NCBI GenBank assembly: GCA_964016885.1
Contig: OZ024740.1
Span: forward strand, 153,822,001-153,886,000
Source: Eledone cirrhosa
Lineage: Eukaryota
Direction of reading: 5' to 3'
Length of the DNA: 64,000 nt
The position numbers and the translations under genes are program-made. Positions 1 to 13,966 of this stretch are shown here, one piece after another; position 1 is the stretch's first letter, and each line of letters opens with the position of its first letter. The notes under the pieces were generated by a model. The model saw only the letters and a list, made by a program, of their open reading frames with translations, was not told where the DNA came from and searched no databases.

Positions 1-2340
1 TCTTCTCAATCAGCTGCTTGTTAATAAAATTAACCATGGTATTTTTCGGAGCAAGGGTGGCTCTTTCGCTGAGCCAATCGAGGTTTTTAAAGTTAGATGA
101 GACATTAGGAAAAACTGCTTCCCAAAGGTCAGAAGGGCTGCTCACAATGTTGCACAGGGAGTCGATTGCTATGCCGCCCTTGTCATCCGCAGGGACCTTG
201 CCCTCACCAAGTGCTAAAATATTCTGAGCAAATGCTGCAGACATGTTGTCACCATGCAAATGAGCACGCATATTTGTGCTCAGGTACAAACTCTTCACCT
301 GGAGCCACAACATGGACATCTTAAGGCAGGCACGCACTTCATCAGCTGATGTCCCTTTGGGGATGACAGGCAGCGTTTGCCGAAAATCCCCTGATAGCAG
401 AAGGGTTACGCCACCCATAGGAGCCGTAGAATCCCTAATGTCTTTCAGGGTCCTGTCCAATGCCTCAAGGGCCCTCTTGTGTGCCATTGTGCAATCATCC
501 AAAACAATGAGGCAACGTTTTTTGAGAACGAGAGCTTCGTGTGAACTCTTGCTGATATTGCATGTTGGTGTCTCAGTTTTTACTAAACCCAAGGGGAGTT
601 TAAAGGTTGAATATGCTGTCCTGCCTCCCGGCAGCAAAGTAGCAGCGATCCCGGACGATGCAACGGCCAACGCATCTTTTTCTCCTGACGAATCTTAGCG
701 AGAATCAATTTCGTTACATAAGTTTTTCTGGTGCCCCCAGAAGCATCGAGAAAGTAAATACTCCCAGTCTGATTTTGAACCGCGTCAATTATAGTTAAAT
801 AGGCCAACCTTTGGTGCGACAGAAGTTTGGGCTCATATTTCTCTAAGTATTGGGAAAGAGATTCGATGTCATATGTTGTTTCCCGCAACAAATCCGGGGC
901 CAACGTGTTAGCTTTCTCTCTGACGGTTGACGGCAAGCCATACGTCGCCAACTCACTTCCACCCATGTCGAGGAGGGCGTCCTCGATATCAATGAGTGCC
1001 CTGTTGTAGATAATATCGCTGTAACCAACTTCCACTGAAGTATACTGCAGATGAGCCAGGCGCAGGAAGTCCTCAGAAATGAAGTCTCTGTACTTGACCC
1101 ATAAAGATTTGGGATAACCCAATTCACAATTTTGAAGCAAAATGGCAAAGAGTTCCCGTAGACTTTTAGGTGATTTCAACAAAGCACCCTCTGCTAAAGT
1201 GGAATCCCATTGCGAATCATCTTCCAAAAGACCACGCTTAAAGCAGGCTTACCGGTACATATCACATATTTCTCCATCAACAGTTTTGCGGTCCTGAAAA
1301 CTTTGTGGGCCTATAACTTCATGCAGAAGAAGGCGGAGATGAAAGCACTCATGCTGACTTGGGGTTACAGTGTAAACCCTTCCAAGACAGCTGTCCAATT
1401 TTACACCAGGATGTCTTTCAGCAGCCTGACCTGACTTTCTTCGCACCCAAGTGTTTTTAGACAATATAAAGTAGGATGGAACCTGGCAGTACACAATTGT
1501 TTGCGCAAATGTATCGAACTGGCAAAGTTTGAAGAAACTCGTCAGAGTGGTCTCTTTTGCATCGGCGGCCAACTTGGCGGCGGTTTGGTCCGTAAAGTAA
1601 ACCCTTTGCCCATTTTCCAAATGTACCGCAAGCTGTACGATGGCGGGGTGACGTTGGTGTAGGGGTAAACCAAATAGGCGCCAACAAGCTTCATTGCTAC
1701 TGATGTACCGCCCCGCCAGGTATTCTGTGACCTCGTTCCTGCTATTTTCAGCTTGAAATGCGAACATTGCGGCATCAGAGCCCTTATTTACATATTTGCA
1801 TATGTATTTTATCGACTTGACGGAGTTGCAAAACTCAACGTTGATGTAGGCGTTAAACATCTTCAAGAGAAGCGGGTAGTAAGGGACCACCCATCTATTG
1901 TCGACTTGACCTCCCCTTACTATTGTGGTGAAGCCACCGTTCTCGGGCCGTCTCCGCCTGTACAGGGGGTACCCGTCGCCACCAGTCTGAGTCTGGTCAA
2001 CACATTTTTTTGGGTATCCCTTACTGCACGACCCCCCCTTTCAGACACGTGTGATGCTCATTAGAACCCGACGCACACGAACCATGATCATGTTAGCTTT
2101 GACGATGTCATGTAATTCCTGGTCAGTTGCTGGGTTAGGAATGTCAGCTGAAATGAAACTGTCTATGGCATTTGAATTGATTTTATCAGCTAACCAAATC
2201 GAAATGTGAGCATGTGGCAGCCCTCGTTTTTGCCATTCGACGGTGAACATGTCACATTTTACAGCCCCAAATACTTGACCTTTTTGATTAAAGCCATGAG
2301 TTTAGCCAGTTTCAGTCTGAACACTCTGGCAATGAGGTAA
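1..2340 (-). pseudogene. Helitron Rep/PIF1-type helicase, frameshifted
   Basis: HUH motif VEWQKRGLPHAH (ORF 2041-2250), KYICKYVNKG (ORF 1249-1890), degenerate Walker A DASGGTRKT (ORF 583-1227) and LLSGDFRQTLPVIP near 360-400. Split over several frames. Confidence 0.92.
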
Positions 2341-3710
2341 TGTCTGTTCTAATAATTTTTCCCAGGAAAAATTTCACGGGTTACATTCCGATTCATATGT
2401 CTATAGCATTAATCTGTTATGTGAAGTGTTATTTTGCGGGTTGTTATTTGCAATAAGCTGATTGAAAATGCCCCAGATAAGCCTTATGTCAATACGGAAC
2501 GCTCCACTGCAGTGTTGTCATATAGGGAGTGAAGAGCGACAGAGAGAGTAAAGCAGTTCAATTATAGAGAGGGGGAATGATCATGATTGATTTTTGCCCT
2601 TATTGTTGATTGATTTGACATTTTTTTGCTTCATGACCTTCTCCTGACCAAAAGCAATAATTGTCCCGACTTTGAATAGAATCCCGTGCAAAAAGTTCTC
2701 ATTAATTTTTTGTCTCATATTGAGAAAAACAAAGAAAGAAAATTACAATAAGGACAACAATATAATGTCTTTGTTGAGAATCATGTAAATAAATGCTTAA
2801 GCGTCGTTATTGTTACGTTTGTTGTTTTATAAATTCATATGTTGCTTTTGAATATTTGTTATTTGATGTAAAATGTAAGTGTGTAAAATGTAACGTTGAG
2901 AGAGCAGTATGTATTTAGTGCTATCGGCTTTTTAAATTTTGATATTTGATGTATGAGTGTCGTTATGACTGTTTGTTGTTGTATAAAATGATGTGTTGCT
3001 TAGTTATCAAAGTTTTTTTTGCGTTCCCGAACAAAGAGAGGGAATGATCTATTATATAGAGAGAGAAGAGCGACGGATAGAGTGAAGCTAGTGTTAAACC
3101 TCGAAGCATGAAGAGAATAAAGCAGTTAAATTATATAGAGGGGGAATAATCTATTGTAGAGAGAGGGAAGAGCGACGGTGAGAGTAAAGCTATGGTTGTG
3201 GTATAAATCGTTGTGTTGCTTAGGTTTCAAAGTTTGTGTCGCGTTCCTTCAAAAGAAGTTTTGTCGTTGTTCTAAATTGTAATGGTGATAGGGTAGTAGA
3301 CGGAGGCAGTAACCTTTTAAAGAGCGTTGCAGAGGAGATTGAGGGGAGGGGGTAGAGAGAGTGATGAACCTTTTAAAGAGAGTTGCAGAGGGGATTGAGA
3401 GTGGAGTAGAGGAAAAGATGAACCTTTTAAAGAGATTTGCAACATGTATGTAGTTTCATATATTTTTGATGGTATTAGTGAGAGGAATGAAGCGTGTAAG
3501 AGAGAGGGTTACAGCATGTATTTAGTTTTATCGATTTTTTTTCAGGGAAGCAGGAAACTTTTGGCAAAAATAATTACGCGTTGACCTGCCCTGGTAAATT
3601 TGGAGCACATTGGAAAAAATTCATCAAAATCGGTAGAGAGATGTGAAAATGCATAAATATCATACACACACACAGTCATACATCTACCGTTTTATATATA
3701 TATATATAGA
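1..3710 (-). mobile_element. Helitron, internally deleted and decayed; 5' end inside the window, 3' end beyond the left edge
   Basis: Minus strand starts TCTATATATA...AAAACGGTAGATGTATGACTGTGTGTGTG...CCGATTTTGATGAA, a typical Helitron 5' TC terminus. Internal sub-repeats at about 2530-3190 and 3310-3445. Rep-helicase remnants lie downstream. Confidence 0.8.
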
Positions 3711-4402
3711 TAGATATATATCAATTTCATAATCTCTCTCTTTCTTTCTCTCTATTATTCTCACTGTCCCCGCTGACCCCAAGAGACACCCACTATGCAA
3801 GAAGCCTCGACACATGCTGGAAAGAAAAAACAAGTAAATCTCCTTCAACTTTCGCCCTATTTTCTTAAAAATATGGAATATAATGGATGGTGGAATTCTA
3901 GCTACAATATATTTTTTGAGATGTGATAAAATATCCCCTGGGTTATTAAATAAGTATGAATTATCGTAGTGATATCAACGATAGTCCCGCTCCTTAAATA
4001 AACCAATGAAAATAAATAAAAACATAAACAAACAAATGAATAAATAATGACACCATCTTATAGAATTTCGTAAAAAAAGAATATTGATAAAAAGTAGCGA
4101 TCTATCTTCTGATGGATTTCTGTCCCGTCAACATGGGAACGTTGTACACTGATTTGGTAGTGAATATTGAATAAACTACGACCTGATAAATTTGTAAATT
4201 AGTAATTCTGTCACTGAAGATTGATTGGTTTAATACATCATACATTCGATATCTTTTTTAAATGTGACATTATTGGTTCTATCTGATTTCGGTCAGTAAT
4301 CTAAAACATTAGGATTACAAATTGTAAATCATAAATCTGTAACAGAAGGGTGGTTTAAAACAACAAACAGTTGATTTCATATTGAAATAAAAGAAACTGT
4401 AA

Positions 4403-4486
4403 TGTTAGAAGTGGGATTCGAACCCACGCCGGGAACACCCGACTGCGACCTGAACACAGCGCCTTAGACCACTCGGGCATCCTGAC
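4403..4486 (-). tRNA. tRNA-Leu(CAG), diverged copy, probable pseudogene
   Basis: 84 nt; 5 substitutions relative to the 11916 copy, including acceptor, D and anticodon stems. Confidence 0.75.
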
Positions 4487-4526
4487 TTATTAGTGGCCAG
4501 AAGAACGTTTAAAATATAATTAGAAG

Positions 4527-4830
<304 letters not shown>

Positions 4831-4852
4831 ATATATATATATATATATATAT

Positions 4853-5718
4853 AAAGAAGAAGTTTATGGAACGGAAATGCGGGTATAAAGAATTTATTAG
4901 GTAACAATTGTTTCTATAGTGTATGGGTTACCTATACCTTCCTTCTTGTATAATATAAAAATATTATCATAAATCGTAGGTACACTGTAAGAAAACACAC
5001 CATGTCGTCAGACCTTTGTAGTAGAAGGATATGAAAATATTTTATACACTAGATATAAGAGAAAGAAGGAGGTAGGAAGGGAAGAGGAAGAGGGAAGCGA
5101 GTAAGGGGGAGGGAGTCTTAGGATTTAAGACTGTCAGAGTAGTAGAGATTGTAAGGAGAAAATGTTTTGGCAGCAGTTAGCTTAATGAGGCGTGTTAGGG
5201 TTGGCGGGGGAAGTAAATTCTTCTAGTGGTGTTGTTTGGACAAAATTTAGTTAAAAGTGTCAAAGAAGTACAGAATTACAGACAAGTTATTGGGGCTATT
5301 ATAGTAGCAGGTTATTTCTAAAGGGGTCCAAAAAATAGTGTTTAGTACTATTATTATAGAAAGCCATATCGTGTGTATAAGCATATAAAACAGAAATTTG
5401 CAAACGGTGGTGTAAAAAGGTAACATTACATGCATTTAAAAAAAGAAAAAGTCGTTTTCAAACGATGGTTACAGTAAAGTGAAGGTTCAATTTTGCTGTT
5501 CAAAATTTTGTTTTCCGACGTTAAAATGCAGTATATCTCCATATTGCATAATTTACAGAATCACTGATTTTGCTAATATGCAGGCGCAGCTTCCATAATT
5601 TGCCAATCAAGTGAGAATGCTTGATTGTTCCTCCGAAGCTGCCAGGCTTTATCGGCGAGGGTTGTTACGGAGCGCATTTTCTCATGCCTGATCGAAGATC
5701 GATGTTGGTATAGGCGAG

Positions 5719-5720
<2 letters not shown>
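4853..5720 (-). mobile_element. 5'-truncated Penelope-like element (C-terminus of GIY-YIG endonuclease, 3' region and HHR) inserted in (TA)n
   Basis: Minus strand encodes RLYQHRSSIRHEK...TTLADKAWQL...LDWQIMEAAPAY, then CKLCNMEIYCIL...LNSKIE...CNHR, resembling the C-terminal part of PLE endonucleases. TA tracts on both sides. Confidence 0.75.
4899..5015 (-). ncRNA. Type I hammerhead ribozyme motif with enlarged stem II
   Basis: AGGU-CUGACGA-cAUGGUGUGU..(long insert)..AUACACUAUa-GAAA-CAAUUG-UU-ACCU, followed by AAUAAA. Palindromic stem III. Confidence 0.7.
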
Positions 5721-5753
<33 letters not shown>

Positions 5754-6067
5754 CTCTCTCTATCTCTGTATATATTTCTACATCTCATTTTCTCACTCTC
5801 TCTTTTTTTTCTTTTTTTTTTAAACTCTCTTTATCTTTACGTATCTTTGTATATCGAAAGTTAACTTTGTGCAATAGGTCATTTCTAAGACAATGGAATG
5901 TAATTCAAGATAAATTTAGGTGTTGCATCTACCTCACCTAGTAACGTTAAGGGATAGTACATTGGCTGAAAACGATAATACAATATCTTTAACAACTGAA
6001 TGCATTCACAACTGCTTCTAACTGATTTAGGTTTACAATCTAAAACTGCTTGACTACTAAATTATAA

Positions 6068-6235
6068 ATAATTGTTTTACTTTAGGCACAAGGCCAGCAA
6101 TTACCCAGTGCATTACTGGTACTTTATTTTATCGACCCCGTAAGGATGAAAGGCGAGATTGGAACTCAGATCGTAAAGGGACGTGACTATGCTGGAAAGC
6201 ATGGCGTCCGACCCTCTACCGATACTGCCAATCCA
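6068..6235 (-). mobile_element. tRNA-derived SINE with Nin/Deu-like core
   Basis: Core GCCTTTCATCCTTACGGGGTCGATAAAATAAAGTACCAG recurs at about 8942-9021, 24888-25051, 27720-27960, 30973-31303 (x2), 48718-48880 and 54520-54650. Confidence 0.75.
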
Positions 6236-6304
6236 AATGAATCTGTAAGATAAGGGTAGTTTAAACGATAACTTTGTATTCGTATTGAAATATCAAAAGT
6301 GCAA

Positions 6305-6388
6305 TGTCAGAAGTGGGATTCGAACCCACGTCGGGAAGACCCGACTGCGACCTGAACGCAGCGCCTTAGACCGCTCGGCCATCCTGAC
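6305..6388 (-). tRNA. tRNA-Leu(CAG)
   Basis: 84 nt; 1 substitution, in the variable arm; A and B boxes intact. Confidence 0.9.
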
Positions 6389-7504
6389 TTACAGATTATA
6401 AAAATGACTTTTTAACTATAATTAGACGAGGCATATTAAATTGTTACTTGCTTTATCAGTGATGGTGATGACTCTCACTTTCTCTCTCACACACTCTCTC
6501 TCACTTTCTCTTTCACACACTCTCTCTCACTTTCTCTCTCACACACTCTCTCTCACTTTCTCTTTCACACACTCTCTCTCACACACTCTCTCTCACTTTC
6601 TCTTTCACACACTCTCTCTCACTTTCTCTCTCACACACTCTTTCTCACTTTCTCTCTCACACACTCTCTCTCGTTCTATTATTCTCACTATTTTCCTCAC
6701 GATCCAACGAGGCAACCACTGTGAAAGAGTTTTCTCCACTTGTTTGAAAGAAATAACAAGCAAATATCCTTTCGTCCTATTTTTTCACAAGGAGGACTTT
6801 AAAGTATGCCGGAACTCTAGCTATTCTTTGAGACGGATTAGAATCATTGGATTATTAAGTATGAGTTTTCATGGTGATATTAATGATAGTTTTGCTTCTT
6901 AAATAAACCACTGAAAACAATTGGATAATAATAATGCATTCGTATATAATTTAGTAAAAAATCATACTGGCAGTAACTGAGGCTTACTTTTCCGACGGTG
7001 TTGAGTCCCGTCAAGATGGGAATGTTGTACTCTCATTCGCCTAAAGCATGTTAATACAGGATAAGCTACGGTTTGATGAAACTCTAAGTTTGAAACAACC
7101 TTAAACATTTAAAAAATATCTGGTATATCATTAAAAAACGTATATTGTTATCTTTTTGTGTCCAGTAACGTTCGGTCCCGGTCTAGGATATTTATGATAC
7201 AATATCTTCCAGCTATGACTTTCACGTATCTTGTATATCGAAGTTAACTTTATACAATGTGTCATTTCTAAGATGGTGGTATGTAATTCAACACACATTT
7301 ATCTGTTGCGTCTACCTAGTCAACAGTATCTAAAAAATTAAACTTTATTTTTAACATGTAAATGCGTTGATAACTGGTTCTAACTGATTTGGGTTTAAAA
7401 TCTAAAACAGTAGGACAAATCAATTGTAAATAATAAATCTGTTACAAAAGTATGGTTTGAACCAACAAACAGTCTGTATTAATATTGAAATAACAAAACT
7501 GCAA

Positions 7505-7588
7505 TGTCAGAAGTGGAATTCGAACCCACGCCGGGAAGACCCGACTGCGACCTGAACGCAGCACCTTAGACTGCTCGGCCATCCTGAC
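7505..7588 (-). tRNA. tRNA-Leu(CAG), 3 substitutions, possibly non-functional
   Basis: Changes in the T-stem, D-loop and D/anticodon junction. Confidence 0.78.
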
Positions 7589-8240
7589 TGCCTAACTTCC
7601 AGAAAAAAAAGAATTAGAAGGACATTATATAGTTAACTATTTATCGTTGGTGGTGCTTTCTCTCTCTGTTTATCTCTCTGTCTCTCTCTCTCTCTCCTTC
7701 TATCTCACCATCTCTCTCTCTCTCTCTCTTTCATACACACTCGCACTTTTTGACTTTTTTGTCATTCTCAACCTAAACATCCAGAAACGTTATTTAATAT
7801 AGGCTTGATGAAACTCGAGGTTTCGAACAGAGTTATACATTTTAAATATATCTGTGATATAATTAAACACGTTAAATTATTCTATATCTATAGTCTAGTC
7901 CGGTCCTGGTGTAGGATAATTACAATAAGATCTTCCACGTATCTTTGTATATCGAAGTCAACTTTGTGCAATCTATCTTTCTAAGACAGTGGGATGTAAT
8001 TCTAGACATATTTCGGTGTTGTATCTACCCTCACCTAGTCAACAAGGGGGGATAGCACATTGTCTCAAAACTTTTAACATTATTTTTAACAAATGATTGC
8101 GTTCATTGCTGGTTCTAACTGATTTTGGACAGTAATCTAAAACATTAGGATTACAAATTGTAAATGATAAGTCTGTAACAGAAGGGTGGTTTAAAGTAAC
8201 AAACAGTTGCTTTCATATTGAAATAAAAAGAAAATTGTAA

Positions 8241-8324
8241 TGTCAGAAGTGGGATTCGAACCCACGCCGGGAAGACCCGACTGCGACCTGAACGCAGCGC
8301 CTTAGACCGCTCGGCCATCCTGAC
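8241..8324 (-). tRNA. tRNA-Leu(CAG)
   Basis: Identical to the 11916-11999 copy; T-runs lie downstream on the coding strand. Confidence 0.95.
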
Positions 8325-9174
8325 TTACCTGTTACTAGAAAAACGTTTTAAAAATAATTAGACGAGGCATATTTTATTAAGTATTTATCATTGGTGGTTT
8401 TTTCTCTCTCCCTCTCTATCACTCTCTCATTCTTTCTCTCTCTATATATATTTCTCACTCTCTCCCTCTCTTACTCTCTCCCACTCTCTTTTTCTGTCTC
8501 TCTCTCTCACACACACACACACACATTCCCCCCTCTCTCTCACCTTTTTACTTTATTTATCATTCTCAACGTGAACATCCAGTTAATATAGAATAAGCTA
8601 AGGCTTGATGAAACCCGAGGTTTCAGACAGACTTATCCTTTTAAAATATATCTGTGATATGAAAATAAAACATGAAAAACATGAAAAAAACATATATTCT
8701 CGTTCTTTATGTATAGTCTAGTACGGCACCGGTCGAGCCGGTCTAGGAGAATTACGATACAAGATCTTCCAGCTATGAACTTCACGTGTCTTTGTATATC
8801 GAAGTCAACTTTGGGCAATGTATCATATCTAAAACGCTTGAATGTAATTCAAGACAAATTTAGCTGTTGTACCTGCCCCACCTTGCAAACGAGACGGGGA
8901 TAGCACATTGTCTCAAAAAAATAAACATTATTTTTAACAAATCCTTACGGGGTCGATAAAATAAAGTACCAGTAATTTACTGGGTAATTGCTGGCCTTGT
9001 GCCAAAAGTAGAAACAATTATTTTTAACAAATGATTGCGTTTAATTGGTTCTAACTGATTTTGGTTAGTAATCTAAAACAGTAGGAATACGGAATTGTAA
9101 ATAATAAATTCGTAACAGAAGGATAGTTTAAAGCAAGAAATAATTGTTTTCATGTTGAAATAACAAAAATGTAA

Positions 9175-9217
9175 TATCCGACCTGGACGCAAGGCCTTCG
9201 ACCGCCCGCCATCCTGG
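9175..9217 (-). pseudogene. tRNA-Leu remnant (T and variable arms deleted)
   Basis: CGACCTGGACGCAAGGCCTTCGACCGCCCGCCATCCTG at the homologous array position. Confidence 0.7.
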
Positions 9218-9407
9218 TGTCTTTGTTACAAACGTAACATTTAACAATGATTAGGCGAGACATATTAAATTGTTACTTCATTAATCATTGGTGGTTCTCT
9301 CTCTCACTTTCACTTTCTTTATTACTCTCCCTCACTTTCTCACTCATTTTCTCTCTCCCTCGTTCTCCCCCTTCTCTCCTCCCCTCTCTCTCTCTCTCTC
9401 TCTCTCA

Positions 9408-9449
<42 letters not shown>

Positions 9450-9986
9450 GTCTCTCTCTCAGATTCACATTCTCCCTCCTTTCTCGCTATTATTCTCACT
9501 GTGTTCCCCCCGACCCCTCGAGACACTCACTATGCAAGAGATCTCTTCACGTGCAAGAAAGAAATAAGAAACAGATCTCTTTCAACTTTCGTCCTATTTT
9601 CTTCACAGTGAAAAATATAAACGATAGAGTAATTCTACATAATATATTCTTTGAGATAGGAAAAAATCACCTGGATTGTTAAGTATGAGTTTTCATAGTG
9701 ATATTTACAATAGTTTCGTTTCTTAATTAAACCATTGGAAATAAATAGATAATAAATAAATAATGACACCATCATATATAATGTCGTAAAAATAGATACT
9801 GACAGAAACTGTGGATCTATCTTCTGGTGGATTTATGTCCCATCATGATGGAAACGCTGTCCTCATATTCGTTAAGGAATATTGGATAAGCTACGACCTG
9901 ATAAATTTGTAAATAGTGATTCTGTCACTGAAGATCGATTCAATACAACAAGCAACTGATTTCAGATATAAATGTGATAAAACTAT

Positions 9987-10053
9987 TGACAAAACTGGGA
10001 TTCGAACCAACTGGGATTCGAACACCTGACTGCGACCTGAACGCAGCGCCTGA
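9987..10053 (-). pseudogene. tRNA-Leu remnant with duplicated B-box and deleted D arm
   Basis: CTGGGATTCGAAC twice, then GACTGCGACCTGAACGCAGCGCC. Confidence 0.7.
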
Positions 10054-10741
10054 TTTACCAGTTTCAAGAAAAACATTTTAAATTGTTAACTATTTATATT
10101 TGGCAGTGCTTTCTCTCTCTCTCTCTCTCTCTCTCTCCTATTCTCTCTCTTTCTATTTCTATCTTTGTATTTCTCTCTCTTTCTCTCTCCCTCTAACACA
10201 CGCACTCTCTTTGTTTGACTCTCTTTATCATTCTCATCTTGAATATCCAGAAAGTTTAGTTAATATAGGATAAGCTACGGCTTGATGAAACTCGAGGTTT
10301 CGGAGAGACTTACACTTTTTAAATATATCTGTGATATCATGAAACACGTATATTGTTGGTCTTTATGTATAGTGTAGTACGGTCTCGGTGTAGGATAATT
10401 ACGATACACGATCTTTCAGCTGTGACCTTCACGGATCTTTGTATATCGATGTCAACTTTATGGAATGGAACATATCTACAACGGTGGAATGTAATTCAAG
10501 ACAGATTTCGGTGTTGCTTCTACCGCATCCAGAAAACGAGAGGATAGGGGGGAGATTGTCTCAAAAAAAATTTAAACTTTATTTTTAACAAATGAATCTG
10601 TTCATAACTGGTTTTAACTGATTTGGGTTTGCAATCTGAAACAGTATGACTACTAAATTGTAAATAATAAATGTATATAACAGAAGGATGGCTTAAACCC
10701 CAAAAAACAGTTGTTTTCATATTGAAATAACAAAATTGTAA

Positions 10742-10825
10742 TGTCAGAAGTTGGATTCGAACCCACGCCGGGAAGACCCGACTGCGACCTGAACGCGGCG
10801 CCTTAGACCGCTCGGCCATCCTGAC
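10742..10825 (-). tRNA. tRNA-Leu(CAG), 2 substitutions
   Basis: 84 nt; changes in the T-stem and anticodon stem. Confidence 0.82.
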
Positions 10826-10913
10826 GCGATGGCTTCCCGATTTACTATTTCATAATAATTTGACGAGATATAAATCGTTACTTGATTACTAGTAATGGTC
10901 TCTCTCTCCCCCC

Positions 10914-10960
<47 letters not shown>

Positions 10961-11189
10961 TCTCTCTCTATCCTTTTCATTTCGCACCCACCATTCAAGT
11001 CCGTCGACTTGTTCGAAAGAAATAAGTATATCTACATCAATTTTCATCCAATGTTTACTTTTTATTCATTCATAAACGAAAGTCTAAGTAGTGACAAAGT
11101 AAAGTACCCGCTCTGCGAAAGTTTGTCAATAAGTATTTCAATTGTTCGAACTATATACTCATTAATTTAACTCATACGTAACTGGCCAC

Positions 11190-11420
11190 TGACAACGAAG
11201 TTCTTGCATATTCGCGGCTGTGTTAGGTAATGTTCGTGAGAGTGCTTGGTTGTTCCAGCGCCTTAGCCTCGCTATTACCCGCGGTAACACTGCCTGTATA
11301 TTGGCTTGCCTCATAAAGTATTAGAGGAAGGATCCGGCACCTCTTGTGGTGTGTGACTACATTTATGTTGTATTTTCTTTCATTTTGATTCCATATTTTC
11401 ATGTGAAATATTTATGTAAT
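11190..11420 (+). mobile_element. 3' fragment of a CRE-like (RLE endonuclease) non-LTR retrotransposon
   Basis: 11235-11324 translates RESAWLFQRLSLAITRGNTACILACLIKY*, matching the QRLSxAxxRGN C-terminal signature. Confidence 0.7.
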
Positions 11421-11915
11421 TAACTAAAGTTAAAATATATAAGTTGTTTCTCATTTAAGTAACTTAGCATACCATAGACACCTGTAGCCTTACATTAATC
11501 CTTATGACTATATCAAAGTAGCACAATGTGTGGTACATCTTGTCACTTGAATTACAGGTAGATCTCATTTGATGATCGTGAACAGAATTATTTCCTCCCC
11601 TATTTCTCTTATAATTCGTAGTTCGAACCAAAGGTATAATAAAAGAAATTTTCTCCAATTGCCACACAGTGGGATTGAACGTGAGGCCTCCTGAATTGTG
11701 TAACGAAACCATTCCTCGAGCAACAAGAGCTACATATGCGCAGGCTGAAAGGAATGTGTGAATGTGTGTCTGTGAGAGACAAGTATGGAAAAAAGATAGA
11801 AAGTAAAAGCAAAGAAAGAAAGAAAGTAAGAAAGAAAGAAGATAAAAAGGAAGAAATTTCTTATAAATCAGACATCAACTCATCAAGCTTTGTCTTTTTA
11901 GCGATAAGATCGAGT

Positions 11916-11999
11916 GTCAGGATGGCCGAGCGGTCTAAGGCGCTGCGTTCAGGTCGCAGTCGGGTCTTCCCGGCGTGGGTTCGAATCCCACTTCTGACA
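11916..11999 (+). tRNA. tRNA-Leu(CAG)
   Basis: GTCAGGATGGCCGAGCGGTCTAAGGCGCTGCGTTCAGGTCGCAGT...GGTTCGAATCCCACTTCTGACA, followed by TTTCTTTTT Pol III terminator. Confidence 0.96.
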
Positions 12000-13094
12000 A
12001 TTTCTTTTTATTTATTCCCCTTCTGAATATAGAAGCAAATGTTTGGAGCATTGTACCATTCTTCCATTTATAGTAGTTCTAGTTTTTGGCTTGAAACCAA
12101 CTCTTATGCCGCTATCTATGAATACACCCACCTGCTAAAGATAATATATAGTTTTCAAGCCAACAACGGAAAGAGGGAACTCATCAGTGGTTATTAGATG
12201 AATTAAAAATAGCAGCCAAGTGTATCACATCACAGTGTACCATCTTAAAAAGAAAGAGTGAATTCCTTGTTATATATAAATGAATCAGCTGAATCTGGCC
12301 TGAACTCGATCAAACATCAAAAACAACAATGTATATTGTTAATTCTACCAATACTATATAAAGTTCTATTATTCCCACCCCTGCCCTTCTGATTTATTTA
12401 AAGTGATTTATTTAATGTGAAAGATTCATAATTTTTAATGAAGCAGATGATTTCGTTCGACCCAATGAATACATTTTACCTAGAATTCGGTCATCCGGTA
12501 TATTTATTCGCTTTAAAGACTTCAGGCTGATCGTGGAAGGATATTTGGCTGTTATTTCTTAAAAGGTCGAGGGCCCGAGTACGCAGAGGCACCTTGGGGT
12601 GGGGGTCTGTCGGATCAGAGTGTGGGAAAATGAAACGAACTTTGAGGTACACGAGTGTTAAAATAAATAGATAGACAGTGATGGGAAGAGAGACAGACGG
12701 AGGGACAGAGGGAGAGGGAGAGAAGAAAAGAAAGAGGTGGTGTAATCTGATATGAAGGTTCCAATTCAAAAGATGAGAGACGGTTGCAATCCATAAGTGG
12801 GTGTTAAGCCAGGAGTATTTTGTACAAGACATAGCCAAAGGTGTTACTGAAGTCACGTGTAACAAAATCACTCTCACTGAACTTCTCAAGAACCAATGAC
12901 ATATTACTAATACTAGTGTAGAAATGCTTGGCCGAGCTGAAAAATGAATTATATATGAGAAATAGATAAATCGAAAGATAGATAGATTGATTGATTGATA
13001 GATAGATACGTGTATATATATATATATGTGTGTGTGTGCAAGTGTGTGAGTGTGCATATATATGTGTGTGTTTATGTATATATAGTTATATATT

Positions 13095-13158
<64 letters not shown>

Positions 13159-13324
13159 GAAAGAGAAAAGGGGAGGCAGAAATAGAAAGAAAAAGGGAGG
13201 GAGATTAAATTATAGTAGAGAGATATTACAATGCAAGTCGTTTAGAATAAATGAAAGATACTTTTCAAAAGATTGCATTGAGATGTGAATTACTGTGTGA
13301 TAATTTTCCACCAGGCATTTTGTT

Positions 13325-13490
13325 CGTATGTATGTTCTTCTGGTTTTATAATTTCACAAATTTTTCCCAATAGAGAGAGAGTCGGTTTCTAACATAGACA
13401 CAAGGCTCTCTCATTGGAATTTACACAGCATCAACTAGGTAGATTATGTATGCATCTCTGCATGTGTAGATATGGATGTTATTGTGTATG
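13325..13490 (-). repeat. Dispersed repeat (retroposon 3' end adjoining CATA repeats); second copy at about 32120-32285
   Basis: GTTCTTCTGGTTTTATAATTTCACAA...CTAACATAGACACAAG...CATTGGAATTTACACA shared by both copies. Confidence 0.7.
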
Positions 13491-13676
13491 TGTGTATGTG
13501 TATGTTTTGAGTTATATGTGTGCATGTGTATATGCTTTGTATCTGTACATGTGTATATGCAGTTATTAGATGCAAAAGTTTTGGAATGTTTTACATATTT
13601 TTACTGTTCCATTAATGGATTGTACTTGTAATTTCCTAACTAGTTGTGTTCTTTCTGTTCCTTTGAAGCCTGGCTT

Positions 13677-13966
13677 GTATGTATGTATGTATGTATGTAT
13701 GTATGTATGTATGTATGTATGTATGTATGTATGTATGTATGCATGTATGTATGTATGTATGTATGTATGTATGTATGTATGTATGTATGTATTTAGGGTA
13801 TGTAGTATGTATGTCTGTATGTATGTATGTATGTATGTATGTATGTATGTATGTATGTATGTATGTATGCATGTATGTATGTATGTATGTATTTAGGGTA
13901 TGTAGTATGTATGTCTGTATGTATGTATGTATGTATGTATGTATGTATGTATGTATGTATGCATGT
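13677..13966. repeat. (TATG)n array with a 100-bp higher-order duplication
   Basis: Interruption TTTAGGGTATGTAGTATGTATGTCTG occurs at about 13792 and 13892. Confidence 0.9.

Noticed and set aside
12491-13057. 188-aa ORF
   Set aside because: Starts in a microsatellite and has no recognisable domain.
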